A stretch of DNA of 62,586 nt. It comes from Deltaproteobacteria bacterium SM23_61 (lineage in GTDB: Bacteria; Desulfobacterota; SM23-61). This document shows, in pieces, positions 1 to 9,519 of this stretch (its first letter is position 1; the number at the start of each line of letters is the position of its first letter). Below the pieces are notes generated by a model, which was given only the letters and a program-made list of their open reading frames with translations, was not told the origin of the DNA and searched no databases. The stretch is from positions 1 through 62,586 of the forward strand of contig LJUR01000002.1 of NCBI GenBank assembly GCA_001304105.1, in the 5' to 3' direction. Made by a program: the position numbers and the translations under genes.

Positions 1-305
1 TGCTTGCAATCATGAGGCGCCTATCTCTCCCAACCGGTGGCGGGGGTATCGGTTATTTCTTCGAAGCTTACTTATTCCGCCCCCGCTGCGCTTTGCGGAT
101 GACCAAAAGGGGGTTCACGGAAAGCGGATCTCCCGCCGATGCTTGCTGCGCAATCTGGCTTTCCTTCCGGGCCCTTGGCAGGCTTTCTTGAAACATTCGA
201 CCAACGAATTTGGAGATGAACCTTTCTTTTTTGTCTGCCTGTTTTGAACCTTTGGATTTCGAATTTTTCGACCCTACGAAACGGACAGGCCCGGACGATA
301 TGGGC

Positions 306-1031
306 TTAGATTATATTCCTCGGCTTCGCCGGGCGGACCTTTTTCCCCGCCATCATGGAGAAGGGGCTGCCCGTGTCCGATGGCCGATGATCCAGCCCTT
401 TCAGCTGGGCCTGGTAGCTCCTTTTCGAAAAGGTGATGTGTTCCATCACCAGTCTCTCCAGCCGGGCCCGGTCCCGTTCCTCGATGGCCCGCAGAATCTC
501 CCGGTGTTCCAGGATCGACTGCTCGATCCGCTGGGGCAGGGACCAGGCGTTGTACCCCACGATATGAGCCTTGGTGCGCAGGAAGTCGATGATCTCGCAG
601 AGGTAACGGTTGCGGCAGGCCTGGTAGACGGTCCGGTGGAATTCCAGGTCCTTTTCGATCATCTGGGGGGTCTTGCGCCGCAGGTGGCTTTCCAATTCCC
701 GGAGAAGTACCTTCAGCCTCTGGATCTCTTCCGGACGGATGTGCTTTAAAACCAGGCCGGCGGCGGTCTTCTCGATGGCCACCCGGGCGAAATAGAGCTC
801 TTCCACCTCCTCCACCGTCAGGTCGGCCACGGTGGCCCCCCGGAAAGGGGCCGTACGGATGAGTCCCCTGGCTTCCAGTCGTTTCAGGGCTTCCCGGATG
901 ACCGTGCGGCTGACCCCGTACCGGGAAATGAGCTCCATCTCCACCAGCCGCTCCCTGGGCTTGAGCACCCCGGAAAGGATGGCTGCCTCCATCTTCTGCA
1001 TGACCCGGGTAGACTGAACGGCGGAAATCAC
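306..1031 (-). CDS. GntR/FadR-family transcriptional regulator (winged HTH plus helical FCD-like C-terminal domain)
   Basis: ORF 306..1202(-). It has the GntR HTH signature ERLVEMELISRYGVSRTVIREALKRLEARGLI followed by an all-helical effector domain. I trimmed the start to the GTG at 1031 because a promoter-like TTGACA-17-TATACA lies inside the longer ORF. The start is uncertain (1001-1112). Confidence 0.85.
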   Translation of the reverse strand: MISAVQSTRVMQKMEAAILSGVLKPRERLVEMELISRYGVSRTVIREALKRLEARGLIRTAPFRGATVADLTVEEVEELYFARVAIEKTAAGLVLKHIRPEEIQRLKVLLRELESHLRRKTPQMIEKDLEFHRTVYQACRNRYLCEIIDFLRTKAHIVGYNAWSLPQRIEQSILEHREILRAIEERDRARLERLVMEHITFSKRSYQAQLKGLDHRPSDTGSPFSMMAGKKVRPAKPRNII

Positions 1032-1071
1032 GGCGATCGCGGTTCCTGTCCCAATTTTTAAAATACAATTA

Positions 1072-1100
1072 TGTATACAATTCCAGGCGGTGCATGTCAA
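1072..1100 (-). promoter_or_regulatory. Sigma70-like promoter of the GntR gene with an overlapping TGTATACA palindrome (candidate autoregulatory operator)
   Basis: Minus strand reads TTGACA (1100-1095), a 17-nt spacer, then TATACA (1077-1072). The 8-bp perfect palindrome TGTATACA (1072-1079) fits the GT-N-AC core typical of GntR operators. A direct repeat TACAATT x2 is also present. Confidence 0.45.
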
Positions 1101-1156
1101 GCGGTTTTTCATGATGCAGGAGGCGTTCGTCCAAAGCCCTCCCGCAGGGAAATGCC

Positions 1157-1594
1157 TCAGGGTGATTTTTTCCCGGGAGGGATCTCCGCTTCCAATCTCC
1201 AACCCGGCAGGGCGTGTTCATCCTTTTTTTTGATCAGCAGCCAATCTTTCCCCGTCTTGCTCTTTTTAAGCTGCACGAGGGCAAATGTTCCCCGGAGCTT
1301 TTTCCCCTCCAGCCAGAAGACCCTTCTCCCCTTTTTCATTTCGACGGGCTCATAGAGCCCATGGTCCCAGATGACGACCTGACCGGCCCCGTATTCCCCC
1401 TCAGGTATGGTTCCTTCAAAATCGAGATACGCCAGGGGGTGGTCCTCCACCTCCACCGCCAGCCGTTTATCAGCCGGGTCCATGGAGGGCCCTTTCGGAA
1501 CCGCCCAGGAGCGCAGAACGCCCTCCATCTCCAGGCGAAAATCAAAGTGGAGGCGGGAGGCATGGTGTTCATGAACGACGAAACGGAGCGCCAT
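1157..1594 (-). CDS. Stand-alone DNA ligase D 3'-phosphoesterase (LigD-PE) domain protein
   Basis: [33 protein letters not shown]...[29 protein letters not shown] matches the LigD phosphoesterase domain consensus almost residue for residue. Confidence 0.9.
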   Translation of the reverse strand: MALRFVVHEHHASRLHFDFRLEMEGVLRSWAVPKGPSMDPADKRLAVEVEDHPLAYLDFEGTIPEGEYGAGQVVIWDHGLYEPVEMKKGRRVFWLEGKKLRGTFALVQLKKSKTGKDWLLIKKKDEHALPGWRLEAEIPPGKKSP

Positions 1595-1710
1595 GGCGGA
1601 CCCCTTTGGGGGGAGGGGCGGGGATAAGAAAATGGTGAGAAGCCCCTTCTCCCAAAATCAGAAATCATGCTAACTTCAATGGGTTATATAACCCGCCTGG
1701 GAAATAATGC

Positions 1711-1739
1711 TTGACTTCCCGGTTTGAAAAAATTATCCT
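1711..1739 (+). promoter_or_regulatory. Sigma70-like promoter upstream of the RRM protein gene
   Basis: TTGACT (1711-1716), a 17-nt spacer, then TATCCT (1734-1739), in the divergent intergenic region. Confidence 0.45.
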
Positions 1740-1781
1740 AAAATAGTAAAGTTGTAAAGGGCTTGGCTCATGATACGGAAA

Positions 1782-1820
1782 GCCGCCTAGCTCTTTAGGG
1801 CGAGGGCGGCATTTTTATTT
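1782..1820 (+). terminator. Intrinsic-terminator-like hairpin inside the 5' leader of the RRM protein gene (possible attenuator)
   Basis: GCCGCC(ta)...GGCGGC stem (1782-1787 pairs with 1805-1810) followed by ATTTTTATTTT. It lies between the putative promoter and the start codon at 1920. Confidence 0.5.
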
Positions 1821-1919
1821 TGGGCCCCAGGGTTCACCACCCGGTAACGCCCCGAGACTTTCCGGCCTTCTCGCTCCTCCCTTCAGGGAAGGACAAATCG
1901 AAAACGAAAGGAAGACAAC

Positions 1920-2237
1920 ATGAATAAAAATCTTTATATCGGGAACTTGCCGGCGAAGGTAACCGAAGAGGACCTGAAGGCGAACTTTTCCGAAGTGGGG
2001 AAAGTCTTGACCGTGAACGTCATCAAGGATAAATTTACCGGACTTTCCAGGGGATTTGGGTTTGTGGAAATGGAAACCGAGGAAGCGGCAAAAGAGGCCA
2101 TCCAGCGGTTCAATGGCGGGCAGCTTCTGGGAAATACCATCACGGTCAATGAAGCCCACCCCAAGAGGGATTCCGAAGGCGGACGGGGGGGCGGAGGCTT
2201 TAGAAGCGGGCGGGGCGGCGGAGGCCGCCGGTATTAA
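1920..2237 (+). CDS. RRM-type RNA-binding protein with a Gly/Arg-rich tail
   Basis: RNP2 LYIGNL and RNP1 RGFGFVEM motifs, with C-terminal GGRGGGGFRSGRGGGGRRY. Confidence 0.95.
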   Translation: MNKNLYIGNLPAKVTEEDLKANFSEVGKVLTVNVIKDKFTGLSRGFGFVEMETEEAAKEAIQRFNGGQLLGNTITVNEAHPKRDSEGGRGGGGFRSGRGGGGRRY

Positions 2238-2387
2238 TGGAAATGCGAATTCGGAATGCGCTCTGAACCGGGTAAGGTTCAGGGCCAGGCCCTGAATCCC
2301 ATGTGGTTCGGGGCTGCCCTGCACTCCACGTGGTGGTGGGCGGATTGGGGAATACCGATCAGAATAGGAAGCTTCGAGTAAAATCGG

Positions 2388-2573
2388 GTGAAGGTGGAGA
2401 TGAAAATCCTCGAGCGACTCTTTAATAATCAGAAACAAACCGAAAAGAAGGAAAGCCTGGGCCGCAACGATGTCTGCTGGTGTGGCAGTGGGAAGAAATA
2501 CAAACGTTGTCACCTGGATTCCGACGCCCACAAGCAACGCATGCGGAACGGGTTGGGCGGAAAACCAAGGTAG
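2388..2573 (+). CDS. Small SEC-C motif (SecA C-terminal type zinc-binding) protein
   Basis: CWCGSGKKYKRCH motif. The alternative ATG start is at 2400. Confidence 0.65.
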   Translation: MKVEMKILERLFNNQKQTEKKESLGRNDVCWCGSGKKYKRCHLDSDAHKQRMRNGLGGKPR

Positions 2574-2630
2574 GGCGCAGAGAAATTTGGCCTCTCCCGA
2601 CTCCTCGACCAAGCGCTAGGGGGCAAATGG

Positions 2631-3206
2631 ATGAGAAAAGCACCCCTCAAAGCGCTTTTTCTTTTCTGGCTGCTCGCCGCTTTGGCGGGGTGCGCAACGC
2701 CGGACAAGAAGGGCGGCGGCATCCCGAGTGATCCAAGCCAACCGGCAAGCGTTCCCCGGGCGGTTCCGGTAATCACCCAATCCTTTGCTTCTCCCCAAAT
2801 TTCTCCGGGGAGTAACTGGAAGGTCTACCTCAAGGCTTTGGATGCCGACGGGGACATGAAAGCATTCTTCTGCACGATCCATCAGCCGGGAGTGGGGATT
2901 TACCCGGTGAGCATTACCCGGATCCAGGAAGGAAATCAGAAGGAATTATCGGGGTTTCTTTTTCTGACCGTTAGCGCCTTCCGGAATTTGGATCTCCTGG
3001 AACTCGCCCTCACGGTTCAGATCCAGGACCGCGCCGGGCAGTTCAGTAAACCGGTGGAATTTCCCCTCACCATCAATTCCCGGTATGCCCAGGAACCTCC
3101 TCCCGCGGGAGTCTTCCAGGAGAACAACCTGGGCCCCATCATGATCCAGCTCCGCACCGTGGGTGACGATGACCGGCCAAATCTCTTCCACCGGTTTCGG
3201 CGGTAA
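2631..3206 (+). CDS. Hypothetical lipoprotein
   Basis: Signal peptide with lipobox LLAALAGC. No recognisable domain. Confidence 0.65.
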   Translation: MRKAPLKALFLFWLLAALAGCATPDKKGGGIPSDPSQPASVPRAVPVITQSFASPQISPGSNWKVYLKALDADGDMKAFFCTIHQPGVGIYPVSITRIQEGNQKELSGFLFLTVSAFRNLDLLELALTVQIQDRAGQFSKPVEFPLTINSRYAQEPPPAGVFQENNLGPIMIQLRTVGDDDRPNLFHRFRR

Positions 3207-3403
3207 AAAATACCTTCAGGCCTCGGTGTCGAGGAGCATAAAAATCTCTTCACAAACAGGCTGATAAATGATATCCCCCCCTGCCGCCGGTCGCCCTAAA
3301 GATTTCCCCCAAAAATGTCGATAAGTTGCATGAAGACACGGGGCCGCTCATGCCGCCAGTGTGCTGGCCCCCATCGGTAAGGTTTTTAAAGGGCTCTTGA
3401 ACG

Positions 3404-3952
3404 ATGATGAAGCCTTTCCCCGCACTGATTCTATTCTTTCTCCTGATTCCAACTCCTTCCTGGGCGCAGACTTATGAAAAATGGGTTGAGGAGTGCCATT
3501 CATATAAAGACGTCGCCCAATGGCTGAACGGCAATTTTCAGTATGATCAAATTCGAGACGGGGAAAGCCGCCTCTCCCGGAATACCAGGGCAAAGCCTCC
3601 GAGGGTTCAGGCCCCGGAAGAAACCTTCCGTCACAGAACCGGCGGTTCCCTGGATGCCGCTCTATTTGCCAGAAAAACGCTGAACCGGATCAATCCCGAC
3701 TACCGTGCCCGGATCATCCACATTGCCCCGGACCGGACCCATGTTCATTATCTGTGCGGCTTTTACGTGGGAGGGAAACTCTTCGTCATGGATTACTGGA
3801 ATTCCCAGGAGAAATTGATCGGCACCCACGGCCCTTTCGAAAACCTCAAAGATTACGTGCAGAGATTTTACCTGAAACACCAGCCTCAGCACCAAAGCCT
3901 TTTCAGCTGCAGCTTCGGCTTTCCCCCGGGCAAACTTTCCAAGTCGCCATAG
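3404..3952 (+). CDS. Secreted hypothetical protein
   Basis: N-terminal signal peptide MMKPFPALILFFLLIPTPSWA. It weakly resembles transglutaminase-like folds (GGSLDAALFA where such families have G-C-x-D), but this is not supported further. Confidence 0.55.
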   Translation: MMKPFPALILFFLLIPTPSWAQTYEKWVEECHSYKDVAQWLNGNFQYDQIRDGESRLSRNTRAKPPRVQAPEETFRHRTGGSLDAALFARKTLNRINPDYRARIIHIAPDRTHVHYLCGFYVGGKLFVMDYWNSQEKLIGTHGPFENLKDYVQRFYLKHQPQHQSLFSCSFGFPPGKLSKSP

Positions 3953-4168
3953 CTCCCACCCATCCTATTTGCCGCGCGAAAATGCCCCAAGGGAACAGAA
4001 TCCCGGCGACTCTGGCGCAAACCGGCCTTGCGGCCATATCCCTCCAATCCCCACAAGCCGTGAAGAAATTGAAGCAGGGATGGGGAAACCCCTTCTGGTT
4101 ATCCAGGAGTTACGCCCAGACTTTCCCTCACTTGAACTTTTTCTCACCTTCCCCGGTTCAAGGGGGGC

Positions 4169-5023
4169 TCACTCTTTTCGCTTCTCTTCAGCGGATGGAT
4201 TGGGTTTGGCCTCAGGTTTGGGGATTCCGTTGATGAAATCCCTCAACCGCTTGGCCGGCATCCAGCCGGGATGCATCCGTCCGTCGGGCAGAACCAGAGC
4301 CGGGGTCCCGGTGATACCCAGAGACCGGGCCACTTGGATATTAAGGTCGATCTCCTTACTATCGCATTGTGGCTTGGGGATTTCCTTTTTGGCGAAGGCA
4401 TCTTCCAGCATCTTCAGGGACCGGTTGCACAGGATGCTCTTCGATTTCCAGTAGGCGTCTTTGTGAAAGTTTAGGGGGTAGAGGAGAATGAAAAAAACGA
4501 TGTCTTTGTTCTCTCTGACAACCTTCTCCATCTCCCAATGGAGTTTGCCGCAGTAGGGGCAGTCCGGGTCGGTAAAAACCGCGACTTTCTTGGGAGCGAC
4601 CGGGTCCCCCATGACCAGGGCCTGGTTCAGGGGGATCTTGGAGAAGTCCACTCTCCGGCTCTCCCGAAGCATGGTCAGCCGCTCCGCGGTCTTGTTCTTC
4701 CTGGTTTTGACCTCGATGATGGAGCCCGAAACCACGAGGGCCTTGGAAAAATCGATGTAGAATACGCCCGGTCTCCCTTTGTTGATGATCGAAACCTCCC
4801 AGAGGCCTTTCAGGGGGCTCAACTGAATCTTCACAATCTCCGCATCAGGGGCTTTCAGGTTCCTAAGAATTTCCTTGACTTCCTGGTTGGATATGGTGTG
4901 GCACTTCATGCAGTCCTTCTCACAGCCGGTCTCATCGAAGGCCTTCAGGGAAGATGGATTCAGCTGCAGGAGGGCGCAGGCCAGAAAAACCGCTGCAAAC
5001 AGGAGAAAAAAGGTTCGAAACAT
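4169..5023 (-). CDS. Periplasmic DsbC/DsbG-like thiol:disulfide isomerase with an additional N-terminal CxxCH motif
   Basis: Signal peptide, a DsbC-type N-terminal domain, a thioredoxin fold with DPDCPYCGKLH, and GCEKDCMKCH near the N-terminus. Confidence 0.85.
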   Translation of the reverse strand: MFRTFFLLFAAVFLACALLQLNPSSLKAFDETGCEKDCMKCHTISNQEVKEILRNLKAPDAEIVKIQLSPLKGLWEVSIINKGRPGVFYIDFSKALVVSGSIIEVKTRKNKTAERLTMLRESRRVDFSKIPLNQALVMGDPVAPKKVAVFTDPDCPYCGKLHWEMEKVVRENKDIVFFILLYPLNFHKDAYWKSKSILCNRSLKMLEDAFAKKEIPKPQCDSKEIDLNIQVARSLGITGTPALVLPDGRMHPGWMPAKRLRDFINGIPKPEAKPNPSAEEKRKE

Positions 5024-5305
5024 AAGGATTTGTCTCCATTCCTTCCGGGATTAAAATTCATTATAACTCATTGTGCTTGCAATTTTCATTCCCAAAATAG
5101 GCGATTTTTTAATTTACCGGCCCCTTTCTTCTTCCTCCCGGGGCTTCATTCCCCTAGAAAAGCCTTCTTGAACAAGGTCACTCAACCCCGAAATCGTCCC
5201 CGGGGCACTGCGTATAACTTGCGCTCGGGGATAAAATCCCGTAATTTAAAATAAAGGAATTCCTCTTTTCTACGAGCCGGAGTTTTTGCCCCCCATGGAG
5301 GAAGG

Positions 5306-7987
5306 ATGAATTGTTACCAGCTGGACGATCGGGAAATATTGCAGATATTTGACACTTCGGAATCGGGACTGACCGAGGAAGAAGCCGGCCAACGGCTGCG
5401 TCGGTACGGCCCCAACCGGCTGGCCGAAGAAGAGAAAATCAGCCGAGTGAAGGTCTTCTTGCATCAGTTCGCCAGCCCGCTGATCTACATTCTCCTGCTG
5501 GCTGCCGTCGTAACCCTTCTTTTGCGGGAATACGTGGATGCGGGGGTGATCCTCTCCGTTCTGATCCTCAACGCGGTGATCGGGTATTTGCAGGAGTTCA
5601 AGGCCGAAGAGAGCGTGCGGGCCTTGACGAAGATGATCATCCCCCAGGCACGGGTCTGGAGAGAAGGGAGAGAAAAGGAAATCCCCAGCGAAGAATTGGT
5701 CCCCGGCGACGTGGTGATCCTCGCCTCGGGGTCCAAGGTGCCCGCGGACATCCGCCTGCTCAGCGAAATCGATTTGAAGATCGATGAATCCATGCTCACC
5801 GGCGAATCGGTCCCGGTGGACAAAGATCCCGCCCCCCTCAAGGTTGAAAACTTATCCCCCGGCGATCAGCTCAACATGGCCTTCATGGGCACGATTGTGG
5901 TAAGCGGGCGGGGGCGGGGGATTGTGGTGGCCACCGGAGGGCAAACCTCCCTGGGAGGGATCGCCCGGGAGGTCCGGGAAGCGCAGGTCGCCACGACTCC
6001 CCTGCAGGAAAAATTCCATCGTTTTTCCAACCGCATCGGCCTGGTGGTGCTGGGGGCTGCGGTGATCCTGGTGGTCATCGGCGTTCTCATCGGAGAACCC
6101 CTCAAGGATATGTTCATGACCGCCGTGGCCGCCGCCGTGGCCACCATTCCGGAAGGGCTTCCTGTCGTGCTCACCATCGCCCTGGCCGCCGGAATCCGGC
6201 GGATGGCCCGGAAAAATGCCATTATCCGCCAGCTCCCCGCGGTGGAAACCCTGGGAAGCACCACGGTCATCTGCACCGACAAAACCGGAACGCTTACCCA
6301 GAATGAGATGACCGTGAAAGTGGTCTTCGACGGCGAGCATGTCTTCAATCTGACCGGAACCGGGTATTCCCCCGAAGGGGAAATCCTCCACGAATGGGTG
6401 CCTGCCTCGGAAAAGGAGCGCAAACAGCTTTTCATGGCCCTGCGAATCGGTCTCCTCTGTAACGAATCCACCCTCTACCGGGACAACGGGGAATACCGGG
6501 TCAACGGGGACCCGACGGAGGGCGCCCTGATCGCCGCCGCCATGAAGGGCGGGCTCCGGCCGGAAGGAGAGAGAGAAGAATACCGGCAAATCGGCCTGCT
6601 TCCTTTTGAATCCGATTATGGCTACATGGCCACTCTTCACCTCCAGGGCGGGAAAAAATGGATCTTCGTGAAGGGCGGGCTGGAAAAAATGCTGGACCTG
6701 TGCACCAGCTGCCTGGCCACGGAGGAAATCAGGATTCAGGAGATCCTGGAGACTTCCAACCGGTTCGCCCGGGAGGGCATGCGGGTGTTGGCCATGGCCT
6801 ACAAGGAAGCTCCGGCAGACCTGGAGCTCCTGCGCCACCAGGAGGTGGAAGGGAATTTGATTCTGGCCGGGATTCAGGGGATGATCGATCCTCCCCGCCC
6901 CGAGGTGAAGGAGGCCATTCAAGGCTCCCGGCAAGCGGGAATCCGGGTGGTCATGATCACCGGGGACCATCCCGCTACGGCCGTGGCCGTCGGAAAGACG
7001 CTGGGGATCTTCCATGATGAATCCGAGGTCCTGACCGGCAAGGATGTGGAGGGGATGAGCGACGAGGACTTATTCGCCCGCGTTTCCAGCGTCTCCGTGT
7101 ATGCCCGGGTGGCTCCTCATCACAAGCTGCGCATCGTCCAGCAGCTGATCAAACAGGGGGAGGTCGTGGCCGTGACCGGAGACGGGGTCAACGACGCCCC
7201 GGCCTTGAAGGCCGCCCATATCGGGGTGGCCATGGGCCGTAAGGGTACGGACGTGGCCAAGGAAGCTTCGGACATGGTCGTCACCGACGACAACTTCGCC
7301 GCCATCTTCAACGCCGTGGAGGAGGGACGGGTGGTTTTCGACAACATCCGCAAGGTCATTTTCTTCCTGATCCCCACCGGCGTGGCGGCCATCGGCTCGA
7401 TCATCGGGTCGATCCTTCTTGGCGTGCCCATTCCTTACACCCCCTCCCAGCTGTTGTGGATCAACCTGGTGACCAACGGTTTACAGGTCCTGGCCTTGAC
7501 CTTCGAGCCGGGGGAGAAGAATGTGATCTCCCGGCCGCCCAGGGATCCCCGGGAGGGAATCATGTCCCGGGTGCTGATCGAACGCACGGTCATCGTGGGG
7601 CTGCTCATCTCCGCCGGGGTGGTTTACAATTTCGTCAGCGAGCTGCGCGCCGGGGACACCCTGGAAAAGGCCCGGACCATGGCGGTCACCACGATGGTCT
7701 TCTTCCAATTTTTCCAATCCTGGAACAGCCGCTCGGAGGCCGAGTCCATCTTCCGCCTGAGCCCTTTCAGCAATCCTTTTCTCCTGTATGGATTGCTGGC
7801 TTCTATCCTGGCCCACCTGGCCTCCATCTATTTTCTTCCCTTTCAGTGGGTCCTGCGGACGGAACCGCTCAGCCTGGCCGAGTGGTCCAAAATCGCGGTC
7901 ATGTCCCTCACCGTGATTCTGGTGGTGGAGATCGACAAAGCAATCCGGAAAAAAGGGAATCTTTCCAGGACAGGCCCGCCCCGATGA
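5306..7987 (+). CDS. P-type cation-transporting ATPase (type II, Ca2+/Mg2+-ATPase-like)
   Basis: TGES, ICTDKTGTLT (phosphorylation site), MITGDH and VTGDGVNDAPAL motifs, about 10 predicted TM segments, 893 aa. Confidence 0.95.
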   Translation: MNCYQLDDREILQIFDTSESGLTEEEAGQRLRRYGPNRLAEEEKISRVKVFLHQFASPLIYILLLAAVVTLLLREYVDAGVILSVLILNAVIGYLQEFKAEESVRALTKMIIPQARVWREGREKEIPSEELVPGDVVILASGSKVPADIRLLSEIDLKIDESMLTGESVPVDKDPAPLKVENLSPGDQLNMAFMGTIVVSGRGRGIVVATGGQTSLGGIAREVREAQVATTPLQEKFHRFSNRIGLVVLGAAVILVVIGVLIGEPLKDMFMTAVAAAVATIPEGLPVVLTIALAAGIRRMARKNAIIRQLPAVETLGSTTVICTDKTGTLTQNEMTVKVVFDGEHVFNLTGTGYSPEGEILHEWVPASEKERKQLFMALRIGLLCNESTLYRDNGEYRVNGDPTEGALIAAAMKGGLRPEGEREEYRQIGLLPFESDYGYMATLHLQGGKKWIFVKGGLEKMLDLCTSCLATEEIRIQEILETSNRFAREGMRVLAMAYKEAPADLELLRHQEVEGNLILAGIQGMIDPPRPEVKEAIQGSRQAGIRVVMITGDHPATAVAVGKTLGIFHDESEVLTGKDVEGMSDEDLFARVSSVSVYARVAPHHKLRIVQQLIKQGEVVAVTGDGVNDAPALKAAHIGVAMGRKGTDVAKEASDMVVTDDNFAAIFNAVEEGRVVFDNIRKVIFFLIPTGVAAIGSIIGSILLGVPIPYTPSQLLWINLVTNGLQVLALTFEPGEKNVISRPPRDPREGIMSRVLIERTVIVGLLISAGVVYNFVSELRAGDTLEKARTMAVTTMVFFQFFQSWNSRSEAESIFRLSPFSNPFLLYGLLASILAHLASIYFLPFQWVLRTEPLSLAEWSKIAVMSLTVILVVEIDKAIRKKGNLSRTGPPR

Positions 7988-8144
7988 AAGAATCGCTTCC
8001 CTAGTGTCGTGTCACGGAAATAAGCTCCTAAATTCGATCCCTGGTGCCGGGAGCCGAGAGTCGGACCGCTTCCCGCCTCGGCGGGACAAAATAGACGCTG
8101 ATTCCTCCCAAGCCCACGGAGATTTTACAATGTATATTGCCAAT

Positions 8145-8172
8145 GTAGGGGCGATTCATGAATCGCCCCTAC
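8145..8172. repeat. 28-nt perfect palindrome GTAGGGGCGATTCA/TGAATCGCCCCTAC
   Basis: Read directly from the sequence. It lies 158 nt downstream of the ATPase stop and is a possible REP-type element or transcript-stabilising hairpin. Confidence 0.8.
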
Positions 8173-8517
8173 TTACGAAGGCATAGCCTCTTAGCCCCGC
8201 TTCTTTTGCGGAATCCCTGAGATGCGGTGGAAGAAGACTTCCCTCCCGCCGGATTTTGGCGGCGCGCATCCTTCCGACCCTCGGCTCCAGGTGAAATTTT
8301 ATGTCCATTATTTTGGGGAAACGACACTGGGATGAGGGTCCGAATTCCTTCCGCCTGAACCCCATTGGCCGCCTCTTCTTTGTCTTTGGTTTCTCGCGGC
8401 CACGAATTTTTTCCGCAAGAAGTTCGGGGACACGGCTGGGCATATACTTGACAAAGGCAGATAATTACCTGACAATGGCTTTGATTCCTAACCCCGGGCC
8501 AAAGGAAGGCTCTGGAG

Positions 8518-9447
8518 ATGATTCAGACTGACCTGCATCCACAAGTGGAGGCCGTGCGCCGCTTCAACCGGTTCTACACCAAACAGATCGGTTTGTTGCA
8601 CGAGAAGGTATTGAGAAGCCCCTTCTCCCTGACCGAAGCACGGATCCTCTATGAGCTCGCCCACCAGGGACAAACAACGGCCTCCGGATTGGCCAAAGAG
8701 CTGGGGTTGGATGGGGGTTATCTGAGCCGCATCTTGGGGGAATTTGGAAAACGGGGGCTCCTGGCCAAACAGCCCTCCGAGACCGATGGGCGGATGAGCC
8801 TCTTGCAGTTGACGGAGAAAGGACGGAAAGCTTTTGCGACGATCGACGGACGGTCGCGGAGACAAATAGAGGCAGTGCTGAAGGGATTGGCCACGGCTGA
8901 CCAAAACCGTTTGGTGGAGGCGATGAATACCATCGGCGGCCTGCTCGGCGCCCGGCCCGAACAAAAGGTTCCCTATGTGCTCCGGCCGCATCGCCCCGGC
9001 GATATGGGCTGGGTCGTCCAACGACATGCCGTGCTTTACACCGAGGAATACGGCTGGGATGAGCAATTCGAGGCTCTGGTGGCGGGCATCGTAGCGAATA
9101 TCATTCAGCGCTACGATCCGAAGAGGGAACGGTGCTGGATAGCGGAAAGAGAAGGGGAGAGGGTCGGGTCTGTGGTCCTCGTCAGGAAATCAAAAACGAC
9201 CGCGAAACTGCGCCTGTTGCTGGTCGAGCCGAAGGCACGCGGGCTGGGCATCGGCACCCGTCTGGTTCAGGAATGCTCGCTTTTTGCCAGGCAGGCGGGG
9301 TACCGGAAGATCGTGCTTTGGACCAACAGCGTGCTTCATGCCGCCCGCCGGATATACCAGGCGGCGGGGTACCGCTTGATCCGGGAAGAGCCTCACCATA
9401 GCTTTGGTCACGATTTGATCGGTGAAACATGGGAACTCAAGCTGTGA
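8518..9447 (+). CDS. MarR-type HTH regulator fused to a GNAT N-acetyltransferase
   Basis: The N-terminal part is MarR-like (LTEARILYELAHQGQTTASGLAKELGLDGGYLSRIL). The C-terminal part has the GNAT motif LLVEPKARGLGIGTRLV. Confidence 0.9.
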   Translation: MIQTDLHPQVEAVRRFNRFYTKQIGLLHEKVLRSPFSLTEARILYELAHQGQTTASGLAKELGLDGGYLSRILGEFGKRGLLAKQPSETDGRMSLLQLTEKGRKAFATIDGRSRRQIEAVLKGLATADQNRLVEAMNTIGGLLGARPEQKVPYVLRPHRPGDMGWVVQRHAVLYTEEYGWDEQFEALVAGIVANIIQRYDPKRERCWIAEREGERVGSVVLVRKSKTTAKLRLLLVEPKARGLGIGTRLVQECSLFARQAGYRKIVLWTNSVLHAARRIYQAAGYRLIREEPHHSFGHDLIGETWELKL

Positions 9448-9519
9448 ACCCCCTCCGGGAAAAGGCCGGGCGGTATGGAGGCCGTGGGCCTCGCCGCTTG
9501 AGCCTTTCCTGAAGCAGGT

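Noticed and set aside
274-1068. 264-aa minus-strand ORF and 179-aa plus-strand ORF overlapping the GntR gene
   Set aside because: They are alternative frames of the GntR regulator locus. Only the 306..1031 frame has a recognisable HTH and effector domain.
5852-7015. 387-aa and 201-aa minus-strand ORFs (and others) inside the P-type ATPase gene
   Set aside because: They are antisense shadow ORFs typical of high-GC coding DNA. The translations are Gly/Pro/Arg/His-rich low-complexity sequence, while the plus strand carries unmistakable P-type ATPase motifs.
8156-8443. 95-aa minus-strand ORF in the ATPase/MarR intergenic region
   Set aside because: It is Arg/Lys-rich low-complexity sequence, spans the 28-nt palindrome, and has no start context.
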